In this document: positions 1 to 7,592 of the stretch, one piece after another
Numbering within the stretch: position 1 is the stretch's first letter
Layout: every line of letters starts with the position of its first letter
Assembly (NCBI RefSeq): GCF_006345805.1
Contig: NW_021828147.1
Span: 1 to 9,036 of the forward strand
DNA: 9,036 nt
Source: Octopus sinensis
Taxonomy: Eukaryota
Reading direction: 5' to 3'
The notes under the pieces: model-generated
The model's input: only the letters and a program-made list of their open reading frames with translations
Databases searched by the model: none
What the model was told of the DNA's origin: nothing
Made by a program: the position numbers and the translations under genes

Positions 1-107
1 GGAACGTCAGTTGAATACTTGTAACAGGCAGAATTCTAGCAAAGGCACCGCCCAGGGATCAGGTGGTGCTGTTAAAATTGGGTGATGGAATCAGTAATCC
101 GGCCAGG

Positions 108-190
108 TAGGCCACGGCTGGATTTGAACTCACGAGCGAACTTCTGGAGAAAATACCGCGAAACATCCCACCCGACGCTCTAATGATTTC
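108..190 (-). mobile_element. Diverged 5' (tRNA-like head) fragment of SINE family B
   Basis: GATTTGAACTCA at 121-132 is the reverse complement of a pol III B-box. The flanks (AAATACCGC, CTAATGATT) align with 5585-5660 of the full family B copy. Confidence 0.65.
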
Positions 191-223
191 AAAAGTTTAT
201 CGCTCTTCACTCCTACTTCTTTT

Positions 224-340
224 ATTGGGCTCTGAAGAATAAAAAGCTAAGTTGACCTTGGCAGGATTTGAACTCAGAACGCGAAGGGCCGGAATAATTA
301 CTCAAGGCTTTTCGTGTGATGCTCTAACCACTCTGCTAAT
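224..340 (-). mobile_element. Diverged 5' fragment of SINE family B
   Basis: AAGCTAAGTTGACCTTGGCAGGATTTGAACTCAGAA (243-278) aligns with AGGCAAAGTCGACCTCGGCGGAATTTGAACTCAGAA (5572-5607). Similarity continues to CTAACCACTCTGC (324-336) versus CTAACGATTCTGC (5652-5664). Confidence 0.75.
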
Positions 341-361
341 TAGATATTTCTGTTATTGTAA

Positions 362-550
362 TTATCTAACCCTTGGCCAGTCCTAATTGAGTCGACCAAC
401 GATCAAAAACATTCTGGCTGTGAACATTTCGTTCCCTGTGCCATGCATAGCCTATCTAGGACTACATTACCTAGCATGTTCTTTCTCAAGGTGTGATTTC
501 AGTGACAATTAGCTGCTACTTCTAGCACGCTAAGTGACCACATAGCAACC
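362..550. mobile_element. Probable fragment of a third interspersed repeat family
   Basis: Segments TATCTAGGACTACATT and GCTGCTACTTCTAGCA...GTGACCACATAG resemble an abundant octopus repeat as I remember it. There is no second copy in this window, so this rests on recall only. Confidence 0.4.
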
Positions 551-982
551 CTTTGTTTGCCATGTATCGCCATGGTATTTCCCTGATACAGAACCTGATA
601 ACTGAGTCAAAGAACAGATGGAGATAGACTGAACTATTGCTTTGCTGTCGATCTGTCAATCAACGTTCGACGTGACAGCCACTCAATAAATAACGTTCCA
701 CATAATAGCCGATATTAACAGACATTATGTACAAATTTAAAACAAAGCACGCAGAACGATCGTAAATCGTGTATCAGATATCCTGATAAGGAAGCTGGTG
801 TCATATGAAATTGAATATAAAAGAGGAAGAGAGCCGAGGGAGAACTTATATTCCAATCTGTGACAGACGACAACAAAGCGATTAATAGTGAAATACGAAG
901 ACAGACAAATAATATATTAAATATGGAAGGGCAATCATACACGTGTACATATACATAATGTCAGAATGTATGTACGTTAATG

Positions 983-1092
983 CATACATATAAACATACA
1001 TACATATATACACACAGAGAAATATACATACATAATACATACATACATACATACATGCATACATACATACATGCATACATACATGCATACAC

Positions 1093-1148
<56 letters not shown>

Positions 1149-1156
1149 ATATATAT
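983..1156. repeat. Compound microsatellite (TACA)n-(TA)n
   Basis: Directly visible tandem TACA and TA units. Confidence 0.98.
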
Positions 1157-1157
1157 A

Positions 1158-1308
1158 GGCGCAGGGATGCCTCTGTGGTAAGAATTTTGCTTCATACCAC
1201 ATAGCCCTGAGTTCAGTCCCACAGCGTGGCACTTTGGCATGTGCTTTGTACTCTAGCCGACAAAACCGTTGTGAGTGGATTTGGTAGACGGAAACTGAGA
1301 AACCTGTC
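1158..1308 (+). mobile_element. tRNA-derived SINE family A (CORE-like), 5' module
   Basis: Degenerate A-box TGCCTCTGTGG 1168-1178 and B-box GAGTTCAGTCCC 1209-1220. TTGTGAGTGGATTTGGTAGACGGAAACTGA matches the reverse complement of the 2511-2673 copy and the 8925-8974 fragment. Confidence 0.9.
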
Positions 1309-1320
1309 TATATATATATA

Positions 1321-1379
<59 letters not shown>

Positions 1380-1446
1380 ATATATATGTGTGGTGTTTTT
1401 TATATGTCTGTATTTGTCCTCACCTCAACCGCTTGATACTCCCTCG

Positions 1447-1477
<31 letters not shown>

Positions 1478-1487
1478 ATACATACAC
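1309..1487. repeat. (TA)n tract, short SINE A 3'-module remnant (1405-1436), then (TA)(TG)n
   Basis: TA and TG units are visible. TGTCTGTATTTGTCCTC 1405-1421 matches the reverse complement of 8478-8494 at 16/17. Confidence 0.85.
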
Positions 1488-1880
1488 GGAGAGGTTGAAT
1501 TATATTTCATCCTTTACTTTGGAGGGTTCCAAAGGGCGATTTCTAACAAAGATTCTTCATATTTTGCTGGTAGCTTTCTGGCGTAAGATTTTTGCAAAAA
1601 TGAAATTATTACATGTATGTGGTGTGTTATGAGAATTTATCGTAAGGTATTCCATAGAAAGTCAACAAGTATATTAAAAAAATAAAAGAACTGAGGAGAA
1701 CAATGATATTTGATTAATTAAATTTAATAAAATAATTTTAATTATTTTACCATGTTATTTACATCTTAATTCGAAACGATCGTATGCATGCATTAAAATT
1801 TTTTAATTTTAACATATCCATTTTTAACATGCTTGTTGAGTTTCTATGAGATACCTTTCCATAAAATCTTGTAACACACC

Positions 1881-1989
1881 ATATATATGTATGTATATAT
1901 ATTATATATATATATTATATATATATATTATATATATATATATATATATAATGTATGTATGTATTATGTATATAGTATGTGTGTGTGTT

Positions 1990-2020
<31 letters not shown>

Positions 2021-2135
2021 ATATATGTGTGTATTATAATAATATATAGATATATATATATGTGTGTGTATATATGTATGTATGTGTGTGTGTGGTATAT
2101 GTGTATATATATATATATATATATTATATGTATGT

Positions 2136-2195
<60 letters not shown>

Positions 2196-2239
2196 GTATT
2201 TGTTTGTATGTGTGTTGTGTATATATATATATATATATA
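1881..2239. repeat. Compound microsatellite (TA)n/(TATG)n/(TG)n
   Basis: Directly visible. Confidence 0.98.
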
Positions 2240-2436
2240 TGAGGGGCGGGTGAGGAAATTCCAGGCTTTGGGTAAAAAAAATACAGGAAGATCAGTTAAT
2301 TATGATTTTATTCAACACATTTCCTTGCAGCGGTGCTTCAGTTTTTCTAAGCTATGTTGAAGAACTCAGACGGTTGGGCTTCCAACCAGGCCTTTCGAGA
2401 CACCCTTAAAGCCCAAAACTTTTCAGCACCACCTCT
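2240..2436 (-). mobile_element. Mariner-derived MITE 1 (about 197 bp, about 30-bp TIRs, TA duplication)
   Basis: Left end TA-TGAGGGGCGGGTGAGGAAATTCCAGGCTTT. Right end reverse complement TA-AGAGGTGGTGCTGAAAAGTTTTGGGCTTT. TA at 2238-2239 and 2437-2438. The interior encodes a transposase C-terminal remnant on the minus strand. Confidence 0.8.
2308..2388 (-). pseudogene. Frameshifted mariner transposase C-terminus: WLEAQPSEFFN / LEKLKHRC / KCVE*
   Basis: Manual translation fits the mariner C-terminal pattern W-x3-QPxEFY-xx-GIxKLxxRWxKCV-x3-GxY(V/F)E* with two frameshifts and a deletion. Confidence 0.75.
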
Positions 2437-2438
2437 TA

Positions 2439-2452
2439 CACACACACATACC

Positions 2453-2510
<58 letters not shown>
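2439..2510. repeat. (CA)n microsatellite abutting the 3' side of the minus-strand SINE A module
   Basis: Directly visible. Confidence 0.98.
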
Positions 2511-2513
<3 letters not shown>

Positions 2514-2673
2514 CGGACTTCTTTCAGTTTCTGTCTACCAAATCCACTCACAAGGCTTTGGTCGATCCGAGGCTATAACAGAAGACACTTGCCCAAGGTG
2601 CCACGCAGTGGGACTGAACCCGGAACCATTTGGCTGGTAAACAAGCTACTTACCACAAAGCCACTTCTGCACC
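2511..2673 (-). mobile_element. tRNA-derived SINE family A (CORE-like), best-preserved 5' module
   Basis: On the minus strand: A-box TGGCTTTGTGG (2663-2653), B-box GGTTCAGTCCC (2620-2610), then ACCTTGGGCAAGTGTCTT (2599-2582), which resembles the CORE-SINE motif ACCTTGGGCAAGTCACTT. It may be an octopus OR1/OR2-type SINE (name from memory, unverified). Confidence 0.92.
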
Positions 2674-2676
2674 TAA

Positions 2677-2845
<169 letters not shown>

Positions 2846-2934
2846 GTATCGAAACCTGACGCAGACACAAACATAGTTACGAAACGGACATCTTAACCGT
2901 CCAGCCATGTTGACAATATGATAATAGACTAAAT

Positions 2935-3083
2935 GTCGGCGAGCTGGCAGAAACATTAGCACGCCGGGTGAAATGCTTAGCAATATTTCGCCTGAGTTCA
3001 AATCCTGATCTGAGGTCGATCTAATCGCCTGGTCCCTCCCGCCAAAATTTCGGGTCTTGTGCCTAGAGTAGAAAAGAATATAA
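2935..3083 (+). mobile_element. tRNA-derived SINE family B, internally deleted copy
   Basis: A-box CGGCGAGCTGG 2937-2947 and B-box GAGTTCAAATCC 2994-3005. The 3' part AAAATTTCGGGTCTTGTGCCTAGAGTAGAAAAGAAT matches the reverse complement of 5462-5497. It lacks about 13 nt and about 59 nt present in the 5461 copy. Confidence 0.9.
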
Positions 3084-3237
3084 TAGTAGATGAAGATCGA
3101 AAGAGCGAAAAACAAGAAAACAGAAAAATCAAGTGGTTAAATCAAAAATGAATATCAAGAGAAAAATTGGTTTGAAGTAAGGGAGATAACTCCGATTTGA
3201 AAATTGGATGAAATGGAAAAATTGTGACTGTATTAGA

Positions 3238-3341
3238 TGTGAGTGTGTGTGTATGTTTGTGTGCGTATGTGCGCTTGTGTGTGTATTTCTATTTGTGTGT
3301 GTGTGTGTGTGTGCGCGTGTATGTGAATATGTGTGTATGTT
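3238..3341. repeat. Degenerate (GT)n microsatellite
   Basis: Directly visible. Confidence 0.95.
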
Positions 3342-3423
3342 TGGTTATTCTGTTACATTTTTGCTTTACATATCCAAGCGTTGTGTGGACAATTGTATGA
3401 ATCAATAACCACAGCCCATTGCT

Positions 3424-3548
3424 TCTCTCACACTCTCTCTATCTCTGTGTTTGTGTGTGTCTGTCTGTCTGTCTATCTACGCACACACAGATATATATAT
3501 ATACACACATATACATATATTAATATATATATGTATATAAATGTATAT

Positions 3549-3614
<66 letters not shown>

Positions 3615-3808
3615 GTATATAAATGCATATATATGTATATAAATATAAATATATATATATATGCATACATACATACATACATACATACATAATACATACA
3701 TACACATACATACATACATACATACATACATACGTACATACACGTACAGATAAATAGAGAGACAGAAAGATACATGCATCCATACATATACAAATACGCA
3801 GATATAAT
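3424..3808. repeat. Compound microsatellite (TC)/(GT)/(TCTG)/(CA)/(TA)n/(TACA)n
   Basis: Directly visible. Confidence 0.95.
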
Positions 3809-3836
3809 AACAGAATTTCTAATTAAATAGCGCTCT

Positions 3837-4302
3837 ACACCACACACACACGCACATACACACACTATACCACATACACATACACTCGTAGACACATGCA
3901 CGTATTCATACGCATGTGTGTGTATGTGTGTGTATGTATGTATGCATACCTGTATGTATGTATGTATGTATTTATGTATGTATGTATGCATATATGTATG
4001 TATGATGTATGTATGTATGTATGATGTATTTATGTATTTATGTATGTATGTATGTATGTATGATGTATGTATTTATGTGTGTATGTATATATGCATGTAT
4101 GTATGTACGCATGTATGTATGTATTTATGCATGTATGCATGCATGTATATATGTATGTATTTATGTATGTATGTATGTATTTATGTATGTATGTATACAT
4201 GTGTATGTATGTATGTATGCATGTATTTATGTATGTGTGTGTATGTATGTATGTATGTATGTATGTATGTATGTATGTATGTATGTATGTATGGTATGCA
4301 TG
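3837..4302. repeat. (CA)n switching to (TG)/(TATG)n microsatellite
   Basis: Directly visible, with a polarity switch at about 3905-3908. Confidence 0.97.
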
Positions 4303-4360
4303 GAGAGACATTGAGATAAATAGAAAGCCAAGTTGAAAAAGACAGATGTTGCATACGTGT

Positions 4361-4456
4361 GAGGAAAGAAAGAAAGAAAGGAAGGAAGGAAGAAAGAAAG
4401 GAAGAAGGAAAGAAGGAAGGAAGAATGTCGATAGAAGGAAAAGAAAGAAAGAAGAG
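4361..4456. repeat. Polypurine (GAAA)n/(GAAG)n tract
   Basis: Directly visible. Confidence 0.93.
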
Positions 4457-4641
4457 ACTAAAGAAATAGAAGGAGTTGGAGTTGATGAGTTAATGGCGGT
4501 GGGGGTTATATAATTTATTCTGGTCACATATTTTGGACGGCGACACTGTTTCACGTTTCTAATGTTGAGAGTATCAGGAAAATTCATTTTCTGTGGTCGT
4601 TATGTCAACACATGTCATAAGTTTCCAGTTGTCATCACGCT

Positions 4642-4834
4642 AACAACAACAACAACAACAACAACGACAACAACGACAACAGCAGCAGCAGCAGTAGCAA
4701 CAGCAGCAAGGACCACCATCAGCACCACCAGCACCATCACCACAGTCACCATCATTACCACCGCCACGACGACGACGACCACCACTACCACCACCATCAT
4801 CGTCACTACCACCATTCGCAACAACAATCACGAC
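4642..4834. repeat. Compound trinucleotide microsatellite (AAC)n(AGC)n(ACC)n(ACG)n
   Basis: Directly visible. Confidence 0.95.
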
Positions 4835-5020
4835 ATGACCTATATTAATGAACACACACAAACAAATAGAGAAATAAACTCAAACCAGAAGTAATTAAGC
4901 CAAATTACACAGAAAATACTTGGTTCCTGAGTCACAAGAATTTCTGGTTAATTATGGAGAGATTTCGTGAGGTGACTTCTATTCTTTGCCCAGACTATGA
5001 GTTTCACTCAGGAAATCATA

Positions 5021-5266
5021 TTGGGTTGGTGCATAATTATTGTGGCTTTTTTTCAACAAATTTATTCAACAAAAACAATAACAACATGTAACAAAAACAT
5101 TTTTAAATGATTATTCCGGAGCATATTCTCCATCTACTTCAATTACTGCTTCCCATTTACATGGCTGACGGTCAGACCGTCATTTAAAGATGTTTTTGTT
5201 AAATATTGTTTTTGTTGAATAAAATTTGTTGAATAAAATACCCGCAATAATTATGCACCAACCCAA
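5021..5266 (-). mobile_element. Mariner-derived MITE 2 (246 bp, long inverted arms of about 87-90 bp, TA duplication)
   Basis: The first 22 bp of both ends are identical (TTGGGTTGGTGCATAATTATTG) and resemble the Hsmar1/MADE1 TIR TTAGGTTGGTGCAAAAGTAATTGCGG. TA at 5019-5020 and 5267-5268. Arms are 5021-5110 and 5180-5266. Confidence 0.92.
5111..5173 (-). pseudogene. Mariner transposase C-terminal remnant DRQPCKWEAVIEVDGEYAPE*
   Basis: 20 open codons ending in TAA, similar to mariner transposase ends such as Mos1 (..KLPERWEKCVASDGKYFE*, from memory). Confidence 0.8.
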
Positions 5267-5460
5267 TAATAAAGAGGACAACACTATTGAGATACGCGCC
5301 CCTATGTATGTAAGGTTTTGTTGTGTTGTTAAGAAGCTTGCTTAAGAACCTTAATGCCATGTCAACATTGGAGAATTCTTGATTCTTCAGTTTATCTCCC
5401 CTTCTCAAGCGGAACTGGTCATAATTGCCATTTGGTAAGTTATGGTACACCCTCAGAAAT

Positions 5461-5677
5461 CATTCTTTTTTACTCTAGGCACAAGGACCGAAATTTTGAG
5501 AGAGTGGACCAGTCGATTAGATTGCCCCCAGTACGCAATTGGTACTTAATTTATCGACCCCGAAAGGATGAAAGGCAAAGTCGACCTCGGCGGAATTTGA
5601 ACTCAGAATGTAAAGACGGACGAAATGCCGCTAGGCATTTTTCCCGAAGTACTAACGATTCTGCCAGCTCGCCACCT
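5461..5677 (-). mobile_element. tRNA-derived SINE family B, near full length
   Basis: On the minus strand: A-box TGGCGAGCTGG (5674-5664), B-box GAGTTCAAATTCC (5604-5592), central domain GCCTTTCATCCTTTCGGGGTCGATAAATTAAGTACC, and an A-rich 3' end AGAGTAAAAAAGAATG shared with the 2935 copy. Confidence 0.93.
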
Positions 5678-6680
5678 TACTGATGACGGTGATTGAGATA
5701 AAAAATACGTGTCCACGACTTTCCACTTATCTCCAAACAATAAACTTGTCCTTTACCTTTATGCCATATCAACATTGGAAAATTCCTGATTCCTAAGTTT
5801 ATCTCTCCTTCTCAAGCGGAACTGCTAATTTGGTAGTTATGACATACCCTCAGAGATCATTATAGCAAATCAAAAATTAATGTTGTATGATATTTGATAT
5901 ACCTACATTTGTCTGTGTTGTTTCAAATACATGCCATTAGCCACTCTGTCTTATTTCTCTCACCTCATTTGTGCTTAGATTATGCAAATTACCCAAGCCA
6001 TAAATCGTTCTCTTCCTTTTTGAATAAGTCTAAGTCCTTTGGCTACTGGAGATAAAGTCGGATAATTGTCGCGCTGGTATCGGCTATTGAGGTAGAAACA
6101 CGTTCCGGAAACACGTGCAATGGCATGTCAGTTTTGGAGAATGCTTCAATCTTGAGATCATCTCCCTTGGTGGTCTTAATTATCAATTGGTAATTATAGT
6201 AAATCTGGAGTTGGAGATAATTTTAATAAATCAAGAATTTTCGTTGAATGGTATTTGATATACAAGTTTCTATCGCTTGGTCGAATACGTATTTTAATTA
6301 TTAGTTCTCTCAAATTTATAACTGAAATACTACACTGAAGACGGAAATAAGTGAGTAAAAATAGAATTTTACATCTCTTTAATCCAGAAACGCATATGTG
6401 GTTGATCAAAGCCGGGTGGATTCGTTATTTTTTCTCTTTACCTACGTTAATTAAAAGTATTGCTGTCTAGGAGATATTTTGTGGTGGAGGAGTAGTATTT
6501 AACTGCTATTCCTAAATTTCGGTATGTGATGAAGCAATTTGCTGCACCCTAATTGTAATTATGCTTATAATTATTGAGTTTTTATACAAGGTTACTGATA
6601 ATGGTTCTTTTAACTTACCGAACTACTTGGTAAAGTTATTAATTATTAATTAATTAATTTTCCCTTTATTATTATTGATA

Positions 6681-6725
6681 ATATATGTGTGTGTGTGTGT
6701 GGTGTGTGTGTGTGAATGTATATAA

Positions 6726-6784
<59 letters not shown>

Positions 6785-6787
6785 GTG

Positions 6788-6851
<64 letters not shown>

Positions 6852-6880
6852 GTGTATATAATATATATATATATATGTAT
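6681..6880. repeat. (TG)n/(TA)n microsatellite
   Basis: Directly visible. Confidence 0.98.
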
Positions 6881-6890
6881 AAATGTAGAA

Positions 6891-7030
6891 GCTGGGCTTT
6901 TATACAAGTTCTATCTAAATTCCATTCATAAGGTATTAGACTAAAGCCTTCGCTTAAGACACCGTAAAGCGAGATGAAACTTAGGACCATGCGATAAAGA
7001 GATGCGATGAGACTTTCAGAGCCACATAAA
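6891..7030 (-). mobile_element. Very old, diverged copy of the SINE family A 5' module
   Basis: GGGCTTTTATACAAGTTCTATCTAAATTCCATTCATAAGG aligns with GGACTTCTTTCAGTTTCTGTCTACCAAATCCACTCACAAGG (2515-2555). It ends in AGCCAC like 2659-2664. The microsatellite lies on its 3' side, as in the other copies. Confidence 0.55.
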
Positions 7031-7054
7031 CCCTGCTGGTGATCATTGTATTAT

Positions 7055-7140
7055 AATTGATTAGCATTATAGTTAATTATGACAACTGATTAGCAACATT
7101 ATAGTTAATTAGATCAACCGATTAACTTCATAGTTAATCA
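7055..7140. repeat. Degenerate minisatellite, 3 units of about 30 bp
   Basis: AATTGATTAGCATTATAGTTAATTATGAC / AACTGATTAGCAACATTATAGTTAATTAGATC / AACCGATTAACTTCATAGTTAATCA. Confidence 0.85.
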
Positions 7141-7592
7141 GTAAGAAAACACGGTTTTTATCTTGTTTTAAATTGTCGCCAGTTTTTTTTTTTAAGTAGC
7201 TGTTTTCTTCACAGATCAGATTCATGTGTTCCGGTTGCAGTTACAGAAGAAGGGTTGCCAAGTAGAACACGATCAACCCGCCACCCCTCTTAGCTTTCGA
7301 CAGCACCCCAAGAGGCGCCTGGCAATATAAGATAGGGGAGGGCTTGGGATAGTAAAACAAGGAATACTATCACTGACAAATTGATTCAGAGCTGCTTGAA
7401 GTTTCTTTGGGAGGTCAGCACAATGGTATTAGAAACTTATTCTCTGCCTTTATTCAACGCCTTTGCCGTCGTCCAACTCCTGGTAACCCCTGCCGTTTAT
7501 AACAAATTAAATAAATAAATAAAAAGAGACGGGACTGAGTGTTCTATGGCGATCATTTTCAGCTAAACCCCAACGGACTGTTAATGATATAC

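Larger units (their letters stand above)
4895..6640. repeat. Degenerate tandem array of about 180-190 bp units (core 5269-6263; outer units tentative), interrupted by a MITE and a SINE
   Basis: 5354-5417 vs 5761-5824: 58/64 ungapped. 5352-5399 vs 6118-6165: 37/48 ungapped. 5854-5902 vs 6215-6263: 39/49 ungapped. Recurrent anchors: ATTGAGATA-like (5286, 5692, 5892, 6086, 6253, 6573), ATG(C/G)CAT (5354, 5761, 5931, 6120) and CTCAG-R-(R)-AATCAT-like (5007, 5452, 5849). Confidence 0.75.

Noticed and set aside
715-942. 75-aa minus-strand ORF in unique sequence
   Set aside because: No recognisable motif, the start lies at the edge of a microsatellite, and the length is within chance expectation.
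2600-2673. tRNA genes at A-box/B-box sites (also 1158, 2935, 5677)
   Set aside because: There is no cloverleaf with acceptor stem, and each head continues into a shared SINE body.
4562-4894. Poly-Thr ORF and possible poly-Gln/His coding tract
   Set aside because: This is a compound trinucleotide microsatellite. The poly-Gln frame hits TAG and changes register, and there are no convincing exon boundaries.
5269-5861. Giant target-site duplication flanking the SINE B copy
   Set aside because: The repeated unit continues for further copies at 5862-6263 and probably before 5020, so the repeats predate the SINE.
5007-5861. CRISPR-like alternation of repeats and unique spacers
   Set aside because: The repeats are over 100 bp and degenerate, the spacers are recognisable eukaryotic TEs, and there are no cas genes.
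7251-7490. Possible TIR pair AGGGTTGCCA / TGGTAACCC
   Set aside because: Only 9-10 bp with mismatches, no target-site duplication and no second copy in the window.
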